NCBI RefSeq assembly: GCF_004010195.1
Contig: NC_057755.1
Location: 350,399-414,398, forward strand
Direction of reading: 5' to 3'
Length of the DNA stretch: 64,000 bases
From: Chiloscyllium plagiosum
Taxonomy: Eukaryota
Numbering within the stretch: the stretch's first letter is position 1; each line of letters starts with the position of its first letter. The notes below the pieces were generated by a model that saw only the letters and a program-made list of their open reading frames with translations, was not told the DNA's origin and ran no database searches. This document shows, piece by piece, positions 37,590-51,423 of this stretch. The position numbers were made by a program, and so were the translations under genes.

Positions 37590-38050
37590 CTAAACCCCGC
37601 CCTGAATTCTTCCAGGAAGGACTGGCCACTCAGTGTAGGAATGACAACATGCCCAGGTCTAACTCCCCAGATACACGTGAGACTGTAAGCGTTCCAGCTG
37701 TCTATTGGCTGAAGTCGTCAAATTGGCATTTGGCATTACAATTTGGAACAGGCCACACAACGAAACCCCGCCCTAAGCATCGCGCGGGGTCGCCGTTCAA
37801 CTGACACCGCGGGAGCCGTGCCGCCCCCGGGAAAACGACAGCGTACTGTGAAGATTAGGGGTCCTGGCGTTGAGCAGTGATCGACAATGTTAAATACCTA
37901 TAAAATGCGCATGTCCGCAAACTCCCCCTTGGGGGCATGTTCAGAACAATGCGCGGGCCCGGAGTGAGTGTGCGTGTGTGTAACCCACTACTGAGCATGC
38001 GTGGTGACGATCGAAGGAACATTTCCGTGTTTTGTTTATTGACGGTGAGA
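37590..38050 (+). promoter_or_regulatory. CpG-island-like promoter with candidate first-exon splice donor
   Basis: CpG-rich. GC boxes CCCCGCCC at 37595 and 37766, TATAAAA at 37899, NRF1-like TGCGCATG at 37906 and GAGCATGCG at ~37993, ETS-like TTCCG, donor-like ACG|GTGAGA at 38045. Orientation is inferred only from the donor. Confidence 0.5.
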
Positions 38051-38194
38051 AATTTATGTAAACTTCACAGTTAGAGCGTCAGTGTGCATGGTTTATTGGA
38101 TTAACACTGTGGTGATTTATTGTATAAATGTACTATACTTAACGCACGCACTGCTAAAGGAGGTACGAGTGCAGCTTTGGAGTCAAATTATAAA

Positions 38195-39290
38195 CATCAG
38201 ACAGTTTATAACCACCCCACACAACGTGAGATCAGACAGTGTGTGACCCGCCAGTGAGATCAGACATTGTGTGACCTCCCCCAGTGAGATCAGACAGTAT
38301 GTGACTCCCTAGTGAGATCATGCAGTGTACAACACGCCACCAGTGAGATAAGACCGTGGGTGACCCGCAAATGTGGTCAGGCAGTGTGTGACCCCCCCCC
38401 CCCCCCCACATTGAGATCAGACAGTGGGTGAGCCGCTCCCACCGTGAGATCAGACAGTTTGTGGCACCCACCCACGGTGAGATCGGACAGTATGTGACCC
38501 CCCCCCCAGTGAGACTGGACGGTGTGTGAACCCCCAGTATGTTCAGACAGTGCGTGACCCCTCCGTAGTGTGATCAGACAGTGTGTGACCCACTCCTCCA
38601 GAAAGACCAAACCGTGTGTCAGACAGTGTGTGATCCTCCACTCAGTGTGATCAGACAGTGTGTGCTACCACTCGAGTGAGTTCAGAAAGTGTGTGACCCA
38701 CTCCCCCAGTAATATCAGACAGTGTGTGACCCCCCCAGTGAGATCAGACAGTGTGTAACCCCCCAGTGAGATCAGACAGTGTGTGACCCCTCCACTGTGG
38801 TCAGACAGTGTGTGACCCCTCCTTAGTGTAGTCAGACAGTATATGACCCCTCCCTGGTGTGCTCAGGCAGTGTGTGAACCCCCCCCAGGGAGATCAGATA
38901 GAGTTTGACCCCCCGTGTGATCAGACAGTGTGTGACCTCCCTCAATGTGATCAGACAATCTGTGGCCTCCCCAGTGTGATCAGACCGTATTTGACCCCCG
39001 TTCCCCAATGAGATCAGTCAGTGTGTGATCATCCCAGTGGGATAAGTCTGTGCCTCCCCCTCATTAAGATCGCACAATTGTGTGACCACCGTCCCGAGTG
39101 AGATCAGACAGTGTATGAATCCCGAAAGTGAGATCGGACAGTGCGTAACATCCCCCCACCCCTGCAGTGAGACCAGACAGGACGTGACTCTCCGCTTTAC
39201 ATTCCCATAGTGAGATCAAACAGTGAGTGACTTGTGGGTGGATGAAGCCCCATCCCTGATCCATGAGTTCACACAGTATGTGACATCAGG
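38195..39290 (+). repeat. Minisatellite, unit ~28-33 bp, consensus near CAGTGAGATCAGACAGTGTGTGACC(C)n, roughly 35 copies
   Basis: Directly visible tandem units with a variable C-run. The array is most homogeneous centrally and decays at both ends. Confidence 0.95.
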
Positions 39291-39908
39291 AAAGATAGGT
39301 AGAGAGTACCATGTCATAATAGAATGATCGCACTACAGAACGAGTCCATTCACTGCATTGCATCTGCTCTGGCATATGACAATCACAGTCATTTCAAATC
39401 CTAATACAGCACTGGTATGTCCCAATCATTGTTACGCTCATTGCACCTTCAGTGCTGATCCAAGACCCTTTTTAATAAGTTGAGGTTCTTCCCCAAACTG
39501 AACAGTGATATGCAGAACACGATCACCCACTGGGTGAAAATGATTTTACTGCATGCCACCTTCGGATGTCATTTCGTTTCTGCCAAATCTCTGGCAATTT
39601 ACTGGAAGACGGGCTGTTGAGTCGGGGATCCGAGGAGAATGAAATTCTACTCCACACCGTCAATTATTGTCACATTTCTTGACCTGTCATAACTTGATCT
39701 CCCAGTGAATTATAATCTGAAGGATCCATATCTAGTAATTAACTGGGGACTGTCTGGAGCTGAACCATCATAGGATTGGGAGAGCAGGAAACCGAGAGAG
39801 CTCAAAAAGCAACCGTGGATCGACTTGGGCAAAAGTATGCCGAAGTTCCACTTTATAGACAATGGTCAATAGACAATAGGTGCAGGAGTAGGCCATTCTG
39901 CCCTTCGA

Positions 39909-40408
39909 NNNNNNNNNNNNNNNNNNNNNNNNNNNNNNNNNNNNNNNNNNNNNNNNNNNNNNNNNNNNNNNNNNNNNNNNNNNNNNNNNNNNNNNNNNNN
40001 NNNNNNNNNNNNNNNNNNNNNNNNNNNNNNNNNNNNNNNNNNNNNNNNNNNNNNNNNNNNNNNNNNNNNNNNNNNNNNNNNNNNNNNNNNNNNNNNNNNN
40101 NNNNNNNNNNNNNNNNNNNNNNNNNNNNNNNNNNNNNNNNNNNNNNNNNNNNNNNNNNNNNNNNNNNNNNNNNNNNNNNNNNNNNNNNNNNNNNNNNNNN
40201 NNNNNNNNNNNNNNNNNNNNNNNNNNNNNNNNNNNNNNNNNNNNNNNNNNNNNNNNNNNNNNNNNNNNNNNNNNNNNNNNNNNNNNNNNNNNNNNNNNNN
40301 NNNNNNNNNNNNNNNNNNNNNNNNNNNNNNNNNNNNNNNNNNNNNNNNNNNNNNNNNNNNNNNNNNNNNNNNNNNNNNNNNNNNNNNNNNNNNNNNNNNN
40401 NNNNNNNN
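39909..40408. other. Assembly gap (500 N)
   Basis: Run of N. The round size suggests a scaffolding placeholder rather than a measured length. Confidence 0.99.
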
Positions 40409-41093
40409 AATGAAAGGGTTAGCCCTCATGTCCCTGATAATACTTCCATGTATTTTTTCTCGCTCTGCATCTCCTGGTAAATGTGTCCTGGATTCTGGAT
40501 GAGGTCTTCATCCAAGACTCTGAATATTTTGGATACCTCAATAACAATACCTCTCATTCTGCTCTTTCCTAGAGAAAATGATCCTATCCATCTTTTCGCA
40601 GTAATGAAGTAATTCCCAGACACTGCCAACATTCTTGTAAATCCCTTTTATTCTCTTCTCAGAGCAATTCTATCCCCACTATGGGGTGATGAACATTACT
40701 GTGCACAAAACCTGTGAGCCACTCAGTGTCTCATGATGTTCCACTATTACAAGACTGGCAGGGGGCGAGGGAATTTGTGTTGCGTTGGTTCTGGTGCAGA
40801 GTGGAAGAGCAGTAACGTTATGAAAGGTAATATGGAATTATGTCTCAGTGTGGATGTCTGATCAGGGTCTGCAGCATATATTGGATGTAGAGGGCTATAG
40901 TTGGGGCATCGCCTGAATGAAGAGTGGGGTTAGTTTATCAGTTCCTTACGTGTTCTACTATTTGTTTCACAGCCTCACGTCTGTTCAGATACTAGGTGAT
41001 TAATTCCAGAATAAGCCAATACCCAGAAGTAAATCTATCTTGCTGGATCATAAACAATATTCTTTTGATTTAACAAATTGATCTCTTGCTGAG

Positions 41094-41281
41094 CCGGAAA
41101 GAACAATGCCTCAAATATTCCTTACACTTCATTACAGAAGTTTATGAATAATGAAATGATGATAAAATTATTTAACTCAACTTGTGTCCGGAAAGAACAA
41201 TGCCTCAAATATTCCTTACACTTCATTACAGAAGTTTATGAATAATGAAATGATGATAAAATTATTTAACTCAACTTGTGT
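41094..41281 (+). repeat. Copy-2-specific 94-bp tandem duplication
   Basis: CCGGAAAGAACAATGCC...CTCAACTTGTGT occurs twice (41094, 41188) but once in copy 1. Confidence 0.92.
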
Positions 41282-44200
41282 ACTTATAACACAGATTCAA
41301 AGGCAATGAATACACAGTAAATGCATAATCTCATCAATGTCAAAACAACACATGAAGGAAATGAAAGAAAACGACTTGTACGTATTACACACTCCCAGTA
41401 CCACCCCTGGAATAATATTCAAAAAATGTAACATTTGGATGAAGACTTGTGACTGCCACTTTTAAACTGTAACTGCAGTGAACTTCTTCCAGGAGCTACC
41501 ACACAGCTTCGTGTCAATGTACTCAGCTTTATCTATTCCCTTTAGAGCTTTATATTTATCCAAACACTTTTGTCTGGCATCAAAGCAATTTTTTACACCA
41601 AGTTAATATACTTGTCTAACAATCTCATTCCCTTCTCATCAGTACAGATCTATACAAGTTTATCAGTTAAGGGATTTTTCCTCACCCTCAGTTTTCATAA
41701 CTTTGAAACAAATCTTTAGACGCTCTGTTCATACCATGCTGGGTTTCAAACAATTACCAATGAACGAAAGTTCATTTTTGCACAAAACCATCCAGCCTAT
41801 AGCCAGACTCAAACAGCAGTTTTAAAACAACTTGCTATACTTTCAGAAATATCTACAAGTTACAATCAGCAGCATAGTGAAACTTGAAACTTATTCACTG
41901 AAAAACTCGCAACAAACTCTCCCAACATGAATTTGCTCTTCCTGCATAAAAACACCATAGTTTATATTTTTCAAAAGTGACTACCGTATATACTCGTGTA
42001 TAGGTCTAAATTTTAAGGCTATATTCTAATGATCAATTTAGCGAATGAAACAATGCACGGGCACAAGTTTTGAAAGGCTGAAATTCATGCCGCCATTACA
42101 AACACTGCATTTTTCGCAAAAGTCGATTTGGTCGCACAATTAGACCCGTGTAAAGAAAAAAATGCAATGTGTTATGGTCAAGGTAATTACTGGATAAAAG
42201 CAAGAGACCAATATGAAAAATTAACATGTCAAAGATTGGTTGAAATCCTGCAAAAAACACACTGTTCAACATCATCATGATCTGATATAATGGCACGCTT
42301 AAAATGAAACATTTATTAAATACTGAATGTGTAAGTGTCTTGAACTTTCCTGACAATTTCTCCTATTTCCCTCCCATTTACTATCATACGTTATGACCTC
42401 AATAACCTATTTGTCAAAGCATTAAAGATATACCGGCGTATGGATAATATATCTCACTTTTGTTCAGATATAATGGAACAATTAAGATGATTATCATTTT
42501 AATAGTATTAACTTTTGTATGCATAGTGAACAAAGTGCAATAAGGACTGATAGACGTAGTACGGTCTGAATGAACGAACTAAACTAATGCACTAAACCAA
42601 GTGCGAAAAGGAGAGTTATGAATGAATGGAAAGAGTTGAAATACAGAAAACAAAGAGTGATGATTCGAGTTATAGGTATGAATGAATGAATGCAATTTTG
42701 TTTAGCTGCGTTAATGAGAATATTCAGTTTCCTTTGCGAGAGCTCTACAATGCAATATAGTAGTGCACGAGATATATGGAAAATATAAAACTTAGGGCTC
42801 GACTTCCACATGAGTTTGATCGATTCATGGCATAAACACGCGTCAATTCATTAATTCCATCAAAACTTTCTGGAATCTCCAATTGAAATGGAGATTACTG
42901 AAAGGTTGCCAGAAGAGGTGAATAATTATGCAATCGGAAATTTAACATCCCAGGCATTTCTTTTGGAATCTGCAATGATAGGTATTCCACAAGATCTCTG
43001 TAGCCTGAGACTAAATCACTGATCGGCTGCGTGACGGTGGCCTCAACCTGCCCAAGAATTATTGTCAATTTCAGAGGGAAACCATAGATAACCCTCAGAC
43101 AGATTCACACAATTTCAAATCTTCAAGGCAGTCACCAGGAATTGTCACAAGAGTTGTGCGAAACATTTTCTCCATCTGATATAATAAATAATATACTTTC
43201 TGCATGAATCTCGACGTGCAGGCAATCTCTCCGCATGAAATGCCGATGTGATATCATCACAAAGTTTTCATTTATACCTGATTGGTATTACGTGGGGGAC
43301 TGTTCCATTATAACATGGTTCAATTTATTCATTTAAAAATTGAACGAACAGGTGACAACGGTAAGTTAACTCCCACGTGACAAAGTACGTTCAGGACTGG
43401 GGATGATTGGATAATACAAATAGGAAACATTAGAAAATGCATTTGAATAAAATCATAAAATCCTTGCAGTGAAGAAAAAGCCCAATTGGTCCATCGAGTC
43501 CATTCCGACCCTGCAACGGGCATTCCACGCAGGCCTGTCCTTTGGCCCTATGAGTCAGCAGGTTTCTTGTATATTGGAGGATTTTCCTACTTATATATCA
43601 ACACTGTATTAGTTCATATTGAAGTTATGCCTGTCTCCAGAACATTAGCAAAGGTGTCTATGAGCATGTGCAGCAGCTGCTGAGCTTCTCCAGTACTTTG
43701 TGATAGATGTGCAGTCTCAGCACTGGCCAGATGAGTGGCAGCACAGAGCAGCGAAAGTCACGTGTTAGCGGTTGTTGGGAATGATTTAGCCGAGATCCCC
43801 AGTCTCTGGTTATTGTGTGGCGGAACACACATTCTGGAAGAGTCAGATAGTAAATGTCGAGCACGAGGGGAAGAAAAATTATTAAATATAGACAGGGAGA
43901 TGGTTAAAGTTTGCAATAGGGAGAGAATTCAATGGAGAATAATGGGCAGAGCATTAAATACACAAGTGGAGAGGGTTAAGTCGAGAGTAATAGGGAGAGA
44001 GCTGAATACAGAGGAACATGAGATAATTTAAGACAGAAAAGGGAGGATTTAGTTGAAACTGATAGGGAGAAAATTGTATAGAGAATCAGAGAAAGGTAGT
44101 TGATGCCAAGTTTATAGGGAGACAGTTAATGCAGGGGAAGCTGCAAGTATTGTAATGAGGTCATCCAGATTAATCACATTTGATAAGAGTTATCTGATTG

Positions 44201-47200
44201 GAGTTGGTAACCTGGTACAATCAAGGAGTCCCGGCTGAAAAATATAAACAAGAGTGTCAGGGGTTCTGCTCACTCGAGGAATCAGCTTTGTGCTAGCTGG
44301 GTCAGTATCAAGTATTATGTAAGTGTAAATGCAGAGTGATTTGATGATGGATTGCCACTTTTGTGGAACTTGAGAGAATATAATAGAGTATTAGGTAGTA
44401 TGTTGAATAAACGGATGTATGGTTAACATTAAATTGAGGGAATAGAGAAGGTAATTAACACGGAGGAATAGAGAAATTCCTGAATAGAGAATAAGAACGA
44501 CTCGGTTGAATACAGAACAGCTGGGAGACGTCAAATACAGTGCAAAGGATAGGGTTAAATACAACATGGAGTGGATGATTGGAGAGTGGTAGTAAAAGGC
44601 CTTATTCAAAAACGATAAGGAGGAAGTTGAATACAGAGATAGTGTTAAAGATTGCCATGTCTGCGGATTATATCAAGCAGGTTCAATGGAGAGTAATAGT
44701 GAGAGGATTAAATAAGGAGAGCGACAAAGTAAATTCAATATAGGGGAATAGAGAGGAAGAAATACAAATAAAGGTCAGGTTAAACAAACAACAATTCGGG
44801 AGGACTAAATACAAATCAAAGGGAAAAGGATTAGATATAGGGCAGTGTATCGAGATGACAGAAGACAGATAACAGCTTAAATACAGAGTGGGGAGAGAGA
44901 GAGAGAGATAGTGTATGAACGATAAAGCAATCGTAAATGATTCAAAGACTGCAAAAGATCATGAATTACATTCAGGGCAATGGAGATAATTAAACACTGA
45001 GGAATAGGGAACGGATTACGGTTACCAAGATGATTTCCAGCTTCAGTCTGTGTGGGAGGGTGGTGGGGGAGGGGGATAGAATTGGTATACACTTTCGATG
45101 ACCTGACAAATAATTGGCTCAGCCCTGCAACTTTCTATGTCTCAACGTTGAAACTTGGCATTCACTCGTTCCATTACAATAATTTGTTGCCTCCATGTTG
45201 CATTGCCTTGCAGGATCACCTCTCTCCACCTTACCGACTACTCCATCATTCCCAATCCACTTGTCATAGCATCTCATACTCCCCACTCGTCACATTTCCC
45301 TTTCCTTCCTCCCTTCGCTTTTTCATGTAGAGAAGGTTGGACAGACGAAATGCCCTTCCGCCATTCTGGCACTCACATGAGAAGAGGTGAATGGCTTGGT
45401 GCTGCTCCAATTTTCCATGTCAAAGTAAGCTAAATTGACTCTTCACTTCCTCTGTGTCAGTCTAAAATAGAGACTTTGTTTAATTCATTCACGGGAAGAG
45501 GGAGTCACAAGCTAGTACCAGGATTTATTGCCCATCCCTAACTGCCTTGAGGGCAAGTAAATGTCACCCACGTTGCTGTAAGTGTGAAGTCACATGTAGT
45601 TCTGGCCAGGTAAGGGCAGCAGTAGTCCTCGCTAAATGACGCAAATCAACTGATTATGTGATCATCGTTAAACGCTTTATTTCCAGACTTCTATTGAATT
45701 CAAATTCCTCCAGTGGCATTTCAAACCAATATCCCAAAACATTACCTGAATGCCTTCATGAACAGTCCAGTGAAAATTCCATTATGCTATTGCCTCCACT
45801 TGGTGAATGGTCTCTCCCTGTGTCACAGTCCAGATAAGGGACTGAATAAAAATGTAAAGAACAGTGGATGCTTTAAATCAGAAACAAAAGCAGAAATTAT
45901 TGGGAAACCTCAGCAGTCTAGCAGCAGCTCTGGAGAGACATTTGAGCTAAATGGCTTTCTGTTCTTGTGGAAATGGCTGGAGAAGGGGTTGAGTGGCTGC
46001 GTCCTATTCCAGTGTTGCTGGGTATGTCTATGCCAACAGCACACTCAATGATTGAAAGCTTAGCAATGTTTTGTCCATTGAATTAAAAACCAAATCTAAC
46101 AGTGAGACTTTCAAATCTCTTGTTATTTGTTCTCCTGTTGAACTGTATTCTAAATAAGGTCTGCTGGCAGTTTTCCAAATTTTGCAGCTAGTCACTCTCG
46201 TGGGATTTTTATGGGTGCATTTTACACGGTTAACCAGAGAACGAGGCATGCAAATATCAGACAATGTAGGAATTGAGAAAGCTTTCAATGGCTAATTAGG
46301 AGTGATAATATAAGTAGAGTGGCCCAATCCTGGAGTGAACATCAAGACACTTGAAGGTGTACTTTTAGTTTTGTAAAGTGACTGTGATGGTTGGATGTCG
46401 TACAAAAAAGCCATATAAAGTCAGGATAGAATACTACGATAAGGGAAATGTTGCTAAACCTTTACGATTAAATGTTGTAGCCACACTTCGGGGAAAGACA
46501 CTTGGATTTGAACTCTTCAAAGGCGAATGGCTTGTAATGGATTAAGACTGCCCACTACCCACTTCTGAACACAGTACTTTCGGAAGGATGTCAACACATT
46601 GGATAGGCTCTGAGAGGAGATCAATAGTCATAGTGACAAAACAAAAGGCCATTCTGCCCCCCGGCTGTCAATGGCTGATCTGTAAGTGAGCATCATGCTC
46701 CTGTAGTTGTGACTTATCCCTTAATATCGACGCTGAAGGAAAAGGAAAATCTATCTTAGATTTAAAATGAACAACTGATCCAAAATCCATGTCATTTGTG
46801 TAAAGGAATAACAAGCCCCGACCAGCGTTTCAGTTTAGGAGTGTTTCTGACCATTTCTCTTGAACACCCTGGCCCGAAGACTCAGGCAACGCCCCTTTGT
46901 TCTGGAATCCCCAAACAGTGGAAATAGTTTATCTTTATCTGATCTGTCTCCTAATTTCTAGAAAAACAAGGTATGATTTAGTACAGTTCTACCTCATAAC
47001 TTAATTCTTACATTCGAGGCCCCATTCTTGCAAAACTACGCGGTACTCCCTCCAAGGGCAATGTATTCTTCATCAAGTGTGGTGCCTGGCTCTGCTCACA
47101 ATACTGCAAGTGAGTTGATAAAAAGGTTTTCTACAACAGCAGCAAGACCCCTGTGGCCTTAAATGGGATGAGAGCTTCACTGTATTGAACAGCATTTAAT

Positions 47201-48640
47201 GCCCATTGCAGAGGGTCTGGAGTCATATGTAGCTCATACCAGGTAAGGATGGCAGTTTTCTTCCCTAAAGGACTTGAGTGAAACTTTACTTGTTGATTTT
47301 TCCTTCTTGAAAATACTGAGGTAAAACGATTAATCATCATGTTGACCATTTCCCTGTCGATATTGACAATATCCCCTGTAAGCTTCGTTTCCATATGATC
47401 TGATCGATGTGCTTGCTGAGTTGGCCTCCATTTGACATTAATAGTGAGACGCAGCTCATTATCTTTGAAATGCAAGATAGAAAAATATACAATTTCACAA
47501 AATCAGTCTTTCCCTCTCATATGCCGAGTAACCTTCCAGTTCTGAAATGCTTATGCCCACACACCTGTTTAAAATTCTCGGTTACAGCTCGATGAACTGG
47601 ATTTGGGGCTGTTCTTCCTACTCGCAAGTTTCCAGCTTTGTTGTTGTGATATCCTCTGAAGTGTGTGTGGGATCTCTAGGACTTGAGTGGCTTCTTTAAG
47701 CTATGACGTGAAGGTTCTGGTTTGGGCTTGTGTGGACAAGGTTAGACGTCAAATGATATCAGCTTATCACCTAATTTGTTTGAAGCCACAACATTTTGTG
47801 TGATATGTGACCACTTTTGAGATAGTTATCCAGGTAATTTTCGATTGCAGGGGCTTAGAAATATTATAACGTAACAATGTAATTAGCATAACTTAAATTC
47901 AGTTTCTATCTCTGGCAAGTTGATTCATAAGACAGTACTGTATATCTTAAGTTCCAAATTTTAATTGACCTGTGTCAAAAGCAGTTCTACTGAAATTCAG
48001 ATCTTGCTCTACCCCAAACCTTGTGGCAATGTCTCATCAACAACCAATTAAATGGAAAATCAAGGTGAAGGTTTGAACAGTGGCATCTCAATTATCTGAA
48101 CGTGATGGGTGGGCACTATTTCTTTTAGATAATCGATTATTCAATTAATCGACTAAATGTATTTCCTCTGGGGCTCGGAGTTTTTCAAGTCTGATCCCTG
48201 TTCAGGCGACTAGCAGCAGCACACAGCGCACGAGGCGCCACCCCCAACATCGCTCCCCGCCCACGACCCCGTGAAACACCGCCCCCGCCCCAAGACTGTC
48301 CAACACTGGCCCCTGCGCCCACCTCCGCCCCGACACCGTGCAGCACAGCCCCCAACACGGGGAGGCACAGCCCCCTGCCTCCAACTCTGCCCCCCGGCCC
48401 CAGCAACGCCCCCACTCCCAACAACCTGCTGCGCCAAACCCCGCCACTGGCCCATGCAACATCACTGCACTCCCCCACTCCCAACCCTGTCCAACACTGC
48501 CCCCTGCACGCCTCAAACCACATGCACCCCCGCCCCCTTTTCGGGGCAGCTGGACTGTACACCAACAACAAAACAGCTGCTGCTGCTGCTTTTGTGTATT
48601 AAGTCTCCAAATAGCGAGCGTACACGTGCACACACAAGCA

Positions 48641-48641
<1 letters not shown>

Positions 48642-48679
<38 letters not shown>
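48642..48679. repeat. (CA)n microsatellite, present only in copy 2
   Basis: Long acacac run. Copy 1 (~11890) has only gacacccaca. Confidence 0.9.
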
Positions 48680-48681
<2 letters not shown>

Positions 48682-49508
48682 CCACAGCCACAGTCACACA
48701 CACAACGTCTCACTGTAATTTTTTGACAGGTTCTAACTTTGCCCTGTACAGGACAATGTTGGTCATATTTTCTGGGGAAGTGTGTGGGGGGGTGGGGGAG
48801 TGTTAAGATACACCCCGTGTAGAACTCAAGGGAAAGTGTGGGGCAAGAAAGGGTGGACAGTCAGTCATTTGGACACAGTGCCTGTTTAATCACTTTAACC
48901 AAAAGACGCGATCACTGTTGGAAATACGTCTTTGATGTAATGTTTTCATGGCGACCTGAAGATCGCCTTCGGATAATCAGAATTTTGGATAATTGGTATT
49001 CGGATCATCAAGTTTCATCTGTATATCTGCCTGGCTTGATTCAATTTGACTGTGCATGCTGCAACCGTCCTGGTTTTATATCTCAGTTCCACTGTCTCAT
49101 TAACACTGTTTCAGTTGACTCAATCAAGATAATGGTGTTGCTGGGCCTACCACACCAGTGGCCCAATCGATACCAGTATTTCTGTTCCAGGTTCACAACA
49201 CTGCTGCTGCAGACGCCACTTATGGCATCTTCCTTTACCGTCACTGCCTCAAGGAACAGAAGATAAAAGTGAAGACGTCAGAGAAACGAAAAAGGAATTT
49301 TGGATTGGTCTGGTGATCAGAAGCGAATGGCTTCAGGAGCTTCCACAATGTATAACCTGCCACCACTGTCATCTGAAAAAAAAATGCATGACGATGATGG
49401 CAAGACAGATGGACAAAGACCCGAGTGTTTCAACTGTGAAGTGAGACGAGAAAGGCTAGATTTGGTTTTAGTCAATCCTCCAAAGTTAAGTCAGTCTTCT
49501 TCTCTGAC

Positions 49509-49703
49509 TCGGAGATGCCGGTGTTGGACTGGGATGTACAAAGTTAAAAATCGCACAACACCAGGTTATAGTCCAACAGGTTTAATTGGAAGCGCACTAG
49601 CTTTCGGAGCGACGCTCACCTGATGAAGGAGCGTCGCTCCGAAAGCTAGTGTGCTTCCAATTAAACCTGTTGGACTATAACCTGGAGTTGTGTGATTTTT
49701 CAC
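49509..49703. mobile_element. Palindromic Penelope-type terminal element with intact hammerhead core (49617-49651, + strand)
   Basis: CAC-CTGATGA-A-GGAGC gtc GCTCC-GAAA-GCT-A-GTG. 13-bp direct repeat CTTCTTCTCTGAC at 49496-49508 and 49704-49716. Confidence 0.82.
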
Positions 49704-50597
49704 CTTCTTCTCTGACAATTACATCCTACTGACTTGCAAGGGCACATGGAATTTGAACGTGAAACTACTCATCCCAGAAAACTTCGAGGAGCTAAAAAGG
49801 TATTCCAAAAGTTGGAGAAACATGAAACCCCCTTTGAGTCTCCGTCAGAGTGGAGGGAGTCTTTCAAGGTGAACATCAAGAGGATCTTTATACTCAGAGA
49901 TGTTCTAAAGGTGAAAAAGAGACGGGGAATACTCCAGAAAAGCGTGAAGAACCAACTCCTGTTGCATACAGTTGGGTATAATGCCATATATTATCTCCAA
50001 GATGTGAAGAGCCAGTAAACTTCACTCTTTGCTTCGGAAGTCTACAAGGTAATCTCACTGTCCAGGACTGCACTGTGGGGAAGGGCGAGATGTGCGAACG
50101 TTTTTTCTTCTAGGAGATACGCTGGGAGAGCAGTGTGCTCAACAGCCTGATGGCTCAGTAACGTCATCATAGTCTGAGGTCCTGAGGATCAGCAAATCCG
50201 TTTATACCGGACTGCATGACATGAAGTCCACACACAGTGAGTCCGCTCAGTCATTTCAGTCCTCTCTCATGGAGGTCATAGGGAACTGCACAGTGGAAGA
50301 CGCTGGACCATCTGCGATCTGTGAAAAATATGACCAAAGCCTTCTAGTCCTCAGACAAGAGTAAATTTCCCAGAAGGGATGGCTTACCGGCTGAGTTGGT
50401 TCACTCTGTGAGACTTGATTGGCCAGGACCTGCTGGTGGTGCTTCTAACTATCTGCTTTTAACAGGTAGGCTATGTTATTCCATGAGGGAAGTTATTATC
50501 TCACTCATCCATAATCAATCTGTCCAAATACTGTCTTATGGATCACCGTTCCTGATGTAGAAACTCAGTTTAAGTTATGCTAATTACAGATTTATAA

Positions 50598-50900
50598 GGC
50601 GGCACAGTGCTCAGTGGTTAGCACTGCTGCCTCATAGAGCCACGGACCAGGGTTCAATTACATCTCGGGAACTGTCTGTGTGGTGTTTCCACATTCTCCC
50701 CGTGTCTGCGTGTGTTTCCTCCCACAGTCCAAAGATGTGCAGGTTAGGTGAATTCGCCATGCTAAATTCCCAGTAGATTTAGGTGCATTAGTCAGGGGTA
50801 AATATAGGGGAATGTGTCTGGGTGAATTGCTCTTCAGGGGGTCAGTGCGGACTTACTGGGCCGAAGAAACTATTTCCGCACTGTAAGGAATATAATCTAA
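50598..50900 (+). mobile_element. HE1-like V-SINE (copy 2)
   Basis: Duplicate of 13814-14115. Confidence 0.85.
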
Positions 50901-50907
50901 AAACAAT

Positions 50908-51423
50908 ATACAGTTCTAGTCACCACATTTTATGAATGATGTGGAATCTTTGGAAAGGGTGCAGAGGAGATTTACGAGGATGTTGCCTGTTATGGAAGGC
51001 ATGTCCTACGAGGAAACGCTGAGGGCCATGAGGTTGTTCTCGTTAGAGCGAAGACGGTTGAGAGGTGGCTTAATACAGACATACAAGATAATCAGAGGAT
51101 TAGATAGAGTGTACAGGAAGAGCCTTTTTCCAAGTATGGGGATGGCAAAAACGAGGGGACAGAGCTTTACAGTGAGGGGAGAAAGGTGTAATACAGATGT
51201 CAGAGGTAGTTTCTTTACTCAGAGAGTAGTCAGGGGATGGAATGCTTTGCCTGCAACGCTAGTAGATTCATCAAGTTTAAGTGCATTTAAGTCGTCATTG
51301 GACAGGCAAATGAACGTACATGGAATAGAATAGGTGGGATGGGCTTCAGATTGGTATGACAGGGCAGCGCAACATCGACGACTGAAGTACAGCGCTGTAA
51401 TGTGATATGTTCTATGTCCTATA
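50908..51423 (+). mobile_element. CR1 LINE 3' end fragment (copy 2)
   Basis: ORF 50932: LERVQRRFTRMLP..LFSLERRRLRGGLIQTYKII..FFTQRVVRGWNALP. Confidence 0.88.

Noticed and set aside
38195..39290. CRISPR array (constant repeat plus variable linker)
   Set aside because: Linkers are only ~5-12 nt C-runs rather than unique spacers, the repeats are degenerate, there are no cas genes, and the context is vertebrate. It is a minisatellite.
39776..40480. 234-aa and 187-aa ORFs
   Set aside because: Artefacts of reading through the N gap.
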